Origin: Fonticula alba ATCC 38817
Lineage: Eukaryota > Protista > Nucleariida
DNA length: 9,682 nt
NCBI GenBank assembly: GCA_000388065.2
Contig: KB932201.1
Strand: one strand, 5' to 3'
This document shows positions 7,809 to 9,682 of the stretch, piece by piece. The notes under the pieces were generated by a model. That model was not told the DNA's origin. It saw nothing but the letters and a program-made list of their open reading frames with translations, and did no database searches. Both the position numbers and the translations under genes were made by a program. Positions within the stretch are counted from its first letter, which is position 1. Every line of letters starts with the position of its first letter.

Positions 7809-9023
7809 GCAGCCCCCCGGCGCACGTCCGGCTGCATGCCACCCTCAGGAGCCCCGCCTGCCACGCGAACGAGCAGGCAGCCGGTCGGCGAGGCACCGGG
7901 CTTCAAGGGGGGGGGGGGGGGCACAGGCGCGCGTGCGCGACCCGTGGCATGTCCATCCAATACACACACATGGGGCATGGGCCGCACCGGCCGGCGTGCC
8001 CCGGGCGCCACGGTGCGTCGCCCTCCCGGCAGCAGGGGGCGAATAAGAAAGAAAGGAAAAAAAAGGGGCGGCCCCAGATCGCCAAGTGCCACCTCGGCAC
8101 TCCCCACGGAGCCCCCCCCCGGTCGCCCGGGAGGCGAAGGCCCAGCGTCGGCAATCCACGTCCCCAGGGGGGGCATTTTGGTGAGACGGGCGCGGACAGG
8201 CCCGGTGTGCCTGCCTCGCCGGCCTGCGCCCGGGCCCGGCGGCGGCTCCAGGGGTTGGCCGGGGTGCCTGGTGCGCCGGCGCGCCGCCCGGCAACGGATC
8301 GCGCCCCCGGCTCCGGCCGCACCTGGGCGCGCGCGCGCTCGCACTTCGCCGGACGCCCGGCGCACACCCGGCCCCGCGTCAAGGGGGGCGGCTCGCAGCC
8401 GATGCCCCTCGCCCGGGCGCGGGCCGCTCGCCGACAGCCGCACGCACATGCGACGGGCGAGGCCGTCCGGGCGCGGCACCCGAGCCGCCGGTCCGGCCCT
8501 GCGGCGCCCCGGTGCCGAGCTGGGTGCGCGCGCGCCGACCTCGCCCACAGGGCGCGACCCGGCCCCGCCGATCGGCCCCCTCGCGCCGACGCCGATGATC
8601 GGCGGGCGGTGGCCCGACCCGGCTCCAGATCGCGCCGGCCTCGGGCTCGCCAGCCGCACGCAAATCGAGCCGGCCGAAAAGAGGGCAGCCCGGCCCCGCC
8701 GCAAGGGCGCCGGCCGATGCCGGTCACTCCGGCGGGCAGGCCGCCCGCATGCGCCCGCAAGCTGGCATATATGTGCGCCCCCGGCCCGGGGCCCGGGGCC
8801 GGTGGCGGCGAGTGGTGGCACCCCGTGCCACCCCCCCTGTCCCCGGAAAAGGGTGCCGCTCTCCTGCCTTCCCCACGCTCGCCTCGCCCTGCCCTGCTAG
8901 CCTGCGCCCGGTCGCGCGCCCCAGCCCCCTCTCGCCGGTCCCCTTTTGGCGCCCGAGCCTGTCCCACGGCCGCTTGCCCGCCCCCCCCCCCCTGAGCACC
9001 ACTCGGCGGCGAGCCGCGCCAGG

Positions 9024-9147
9024 ATGACCTTCGCCACGCTCCGGCGCGCGCCCGGCGCCCTGCTCCTTTTCCTGGTCTTGGCCAGCATGCTTGCCCTGGC
9101 CACCGACCAGACGCCCAGCATCACCAGCCACCGGTGCGATGCCCCCG
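9024..9147 (+). CDS. First coding exon of a secreted-protein gene (signal peptide MTFATLRRAPGALLLFLVLASMLALA-TDQTPSITSHRCDAP), remainder not in view
   Basis: ATG with A at -3. The n-region has RR, the h-region is ALLLFLVLASML, and there is an A-L-A cleavage motif at residues 24-26. Codons are GC3-rich (ttc, gcc, ctg, ctc, gtc, acc, gac, cag, atc). The exon ends at GTACGT (9148..9153), a near-consensus 5' splice site, giving 41 codons + 1 nt (phase 1). Confidence 0.6.
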
Positions 9148-9175
9148 GTACGTGTCGCCCGCCACCTCCGCCCCC

Positions 9176-9185
9176 NNNNNNNNNN
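9176..9185. other. Assembly gap (10 N), true size unknown
   Basis: N10 directly after a C-run. Confidence 0.99.
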
Positions 9186-9360
9186 GCAAAATGGATCGGG
9201 GCGGGGCGCAAGGGCGGTTGTCTTTCATGGCTCGCTCTCCGCGGAGGGCCTCGCTCTCTCTCGGCAGCACGGTTGCTCTTCGCCCTTCTCCCTCTCTCGG
9301 TGCGTTGTGGGGCGCGCAGCGGCGGTTCTCCCGGCCCTTTCTCGCTCGGGGGCGGGGCCA

Positions 9361-9364
9361 AAAA
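9361..9364 (-). terminator. RNA polymerase III terminator (TTTT) of the tRNA-Leu gene
   Basis: T4 on the - strand, 3 nt after the discriminator base. Confidence 0.7.
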
Positions 9365-9367
9365 GTG

Positions 9368-9446
9368 TGATTGGAGTGGGACTCGAACCCACGCGGTTTC
9401 CCACCAGTGCCTTAAACTGGCGCCTTAACCACTCGGCCATCCAACC
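9368..9446 (-). tRNA. tRNA-Leu, anticodon AAG (I34), 79 nt, intron-less, CCA not encoded
   Basis: The reverse complement folds as a cloverleaf: acceptor GGTTGGA/TCCAATC + A73, D arm GCC-GAGTGGTTAA-GGC, anticodon arm CCAGT-TTAAGGC-ACTGG, variable arm TGGGAAACCGC, T arm GTGGG-TTCGAGT-CCCAC. A box TGGCCGAGTGG and B box GGTTCGAGTCC. The TTAAGGC loop is the same as in eukaryotic Leu-AAG tRNAs. Confidence 0.97.
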
Positions 9447-9662
9447 TGAAAAGATGAGGGCTGGTACCTCCATTGGTCACAAGTATGTGCGGAACACTCC
9501 GGCGCCGGCATGTGATCCTCGGCGGCCGGTGGGGCCCCGCGAACCACCCGAGGGGGCCCCGCCCCGGGAGAGAGGGGACGCGGCAGCAAGGACAAGTGGG
9601 GGCCAGCCAGCTGTATCCCCATCGGCGGCCGGTACTTCTCGGCGGCCGGGTCGCACCGCTCC

Positions 9663-9682
9663 GGGGGGGGGGGGGGGGGGGG
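9663..9682. repeat. Poly-G (20 nt) at the window end, a likely contig-end homopolymer
   Basis: Read directly; it mirrors the C11 at the window start. Confidence 0.85.

Noticed and set aside
8765-8772. GCATATA(T) as a TATA box (also GCATATA at 2219..2225)
   Set aside because: It is a non-consensus word with no mapped start site, and the second copy lies downstream of a stop codon. There is too little support to call.
1985-9000. Numerous 300-1091 aa ORFs on both strands (e.g. 1639..3375, 2998..5082, 6428..8995, 6998..8821, 6012..7601)
   Set aside because: Very high GC and scarce TA dinucleotides make stop codons rare in all six frames. The translations are dominated by R/G/P/A, run through microsatellites and homopolymers (HTHTHT, CVCVCV, PPPP), and show no domain motifs.
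8946-9428. 160-aa ORF reading through the gap and antisense into the tRNA
   Set aside because: Its frame across N10 is arbitrary and the 3' part is just the tRNA complement. Only 9024..9147 looks coding.
1-9682. Transposon, retroelement, viral or rRNA signatures
   Set aside because: I saw no reverse transcriptase, integrase, transposase or capsid motifs, no terminal inverted or long terminal repeats, and no conserved rRNA segments. The C11 start and G20 end are complementary but are homopolymers typical of contig breaks.

Overview
Very GC-rich (roughly three-quarters G+C by eye) eukaryotic genomic DNA, probably from a protist or unicellular opisthokont. The composition, CA/poly-C tracts and Cys-rich gene type are reminiscent of Fonticula alba, but that is an unverified impression. 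Two features are solid. The first is a 5'-incomplete gene for an extracellular furin-like (FU) cysteine-rich repeat protein: last or only visible exon about 87..1984, + strand, 75 Cys in the 616-aa ORF, no transmembrane or kinase tail. The second is an intron-less tRNA-Leu(AAG) gene at 9368..9446 on the - strand with a Pol III T4 terminator. An orphan signal-peptide exon (9024..9147, +) ends in a phase-1 GTACGT donor just before a poly-C/N10 assembly gap. It is phase-compatible with the phase-1 acceptor in front of the Cys-rich exon at the window start, which also begins in poly-C. This may point to a tandem array, a collapsed or permuted contig, or simply a neighbouring paralog. The 7 kb between them has many long Arg/Gly/Pro/Ala-rich ORFs that are mostly stop-poor artefacts, although a few + strand patches look codon-biased and may hide a real or decayed gene. 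It also holds microsatellites, a 33-bp tandem duplication and G-quadruplex motifs. I found no CRISPR array, rRNA or mobile element, and cannot support a claim of a new biological system.
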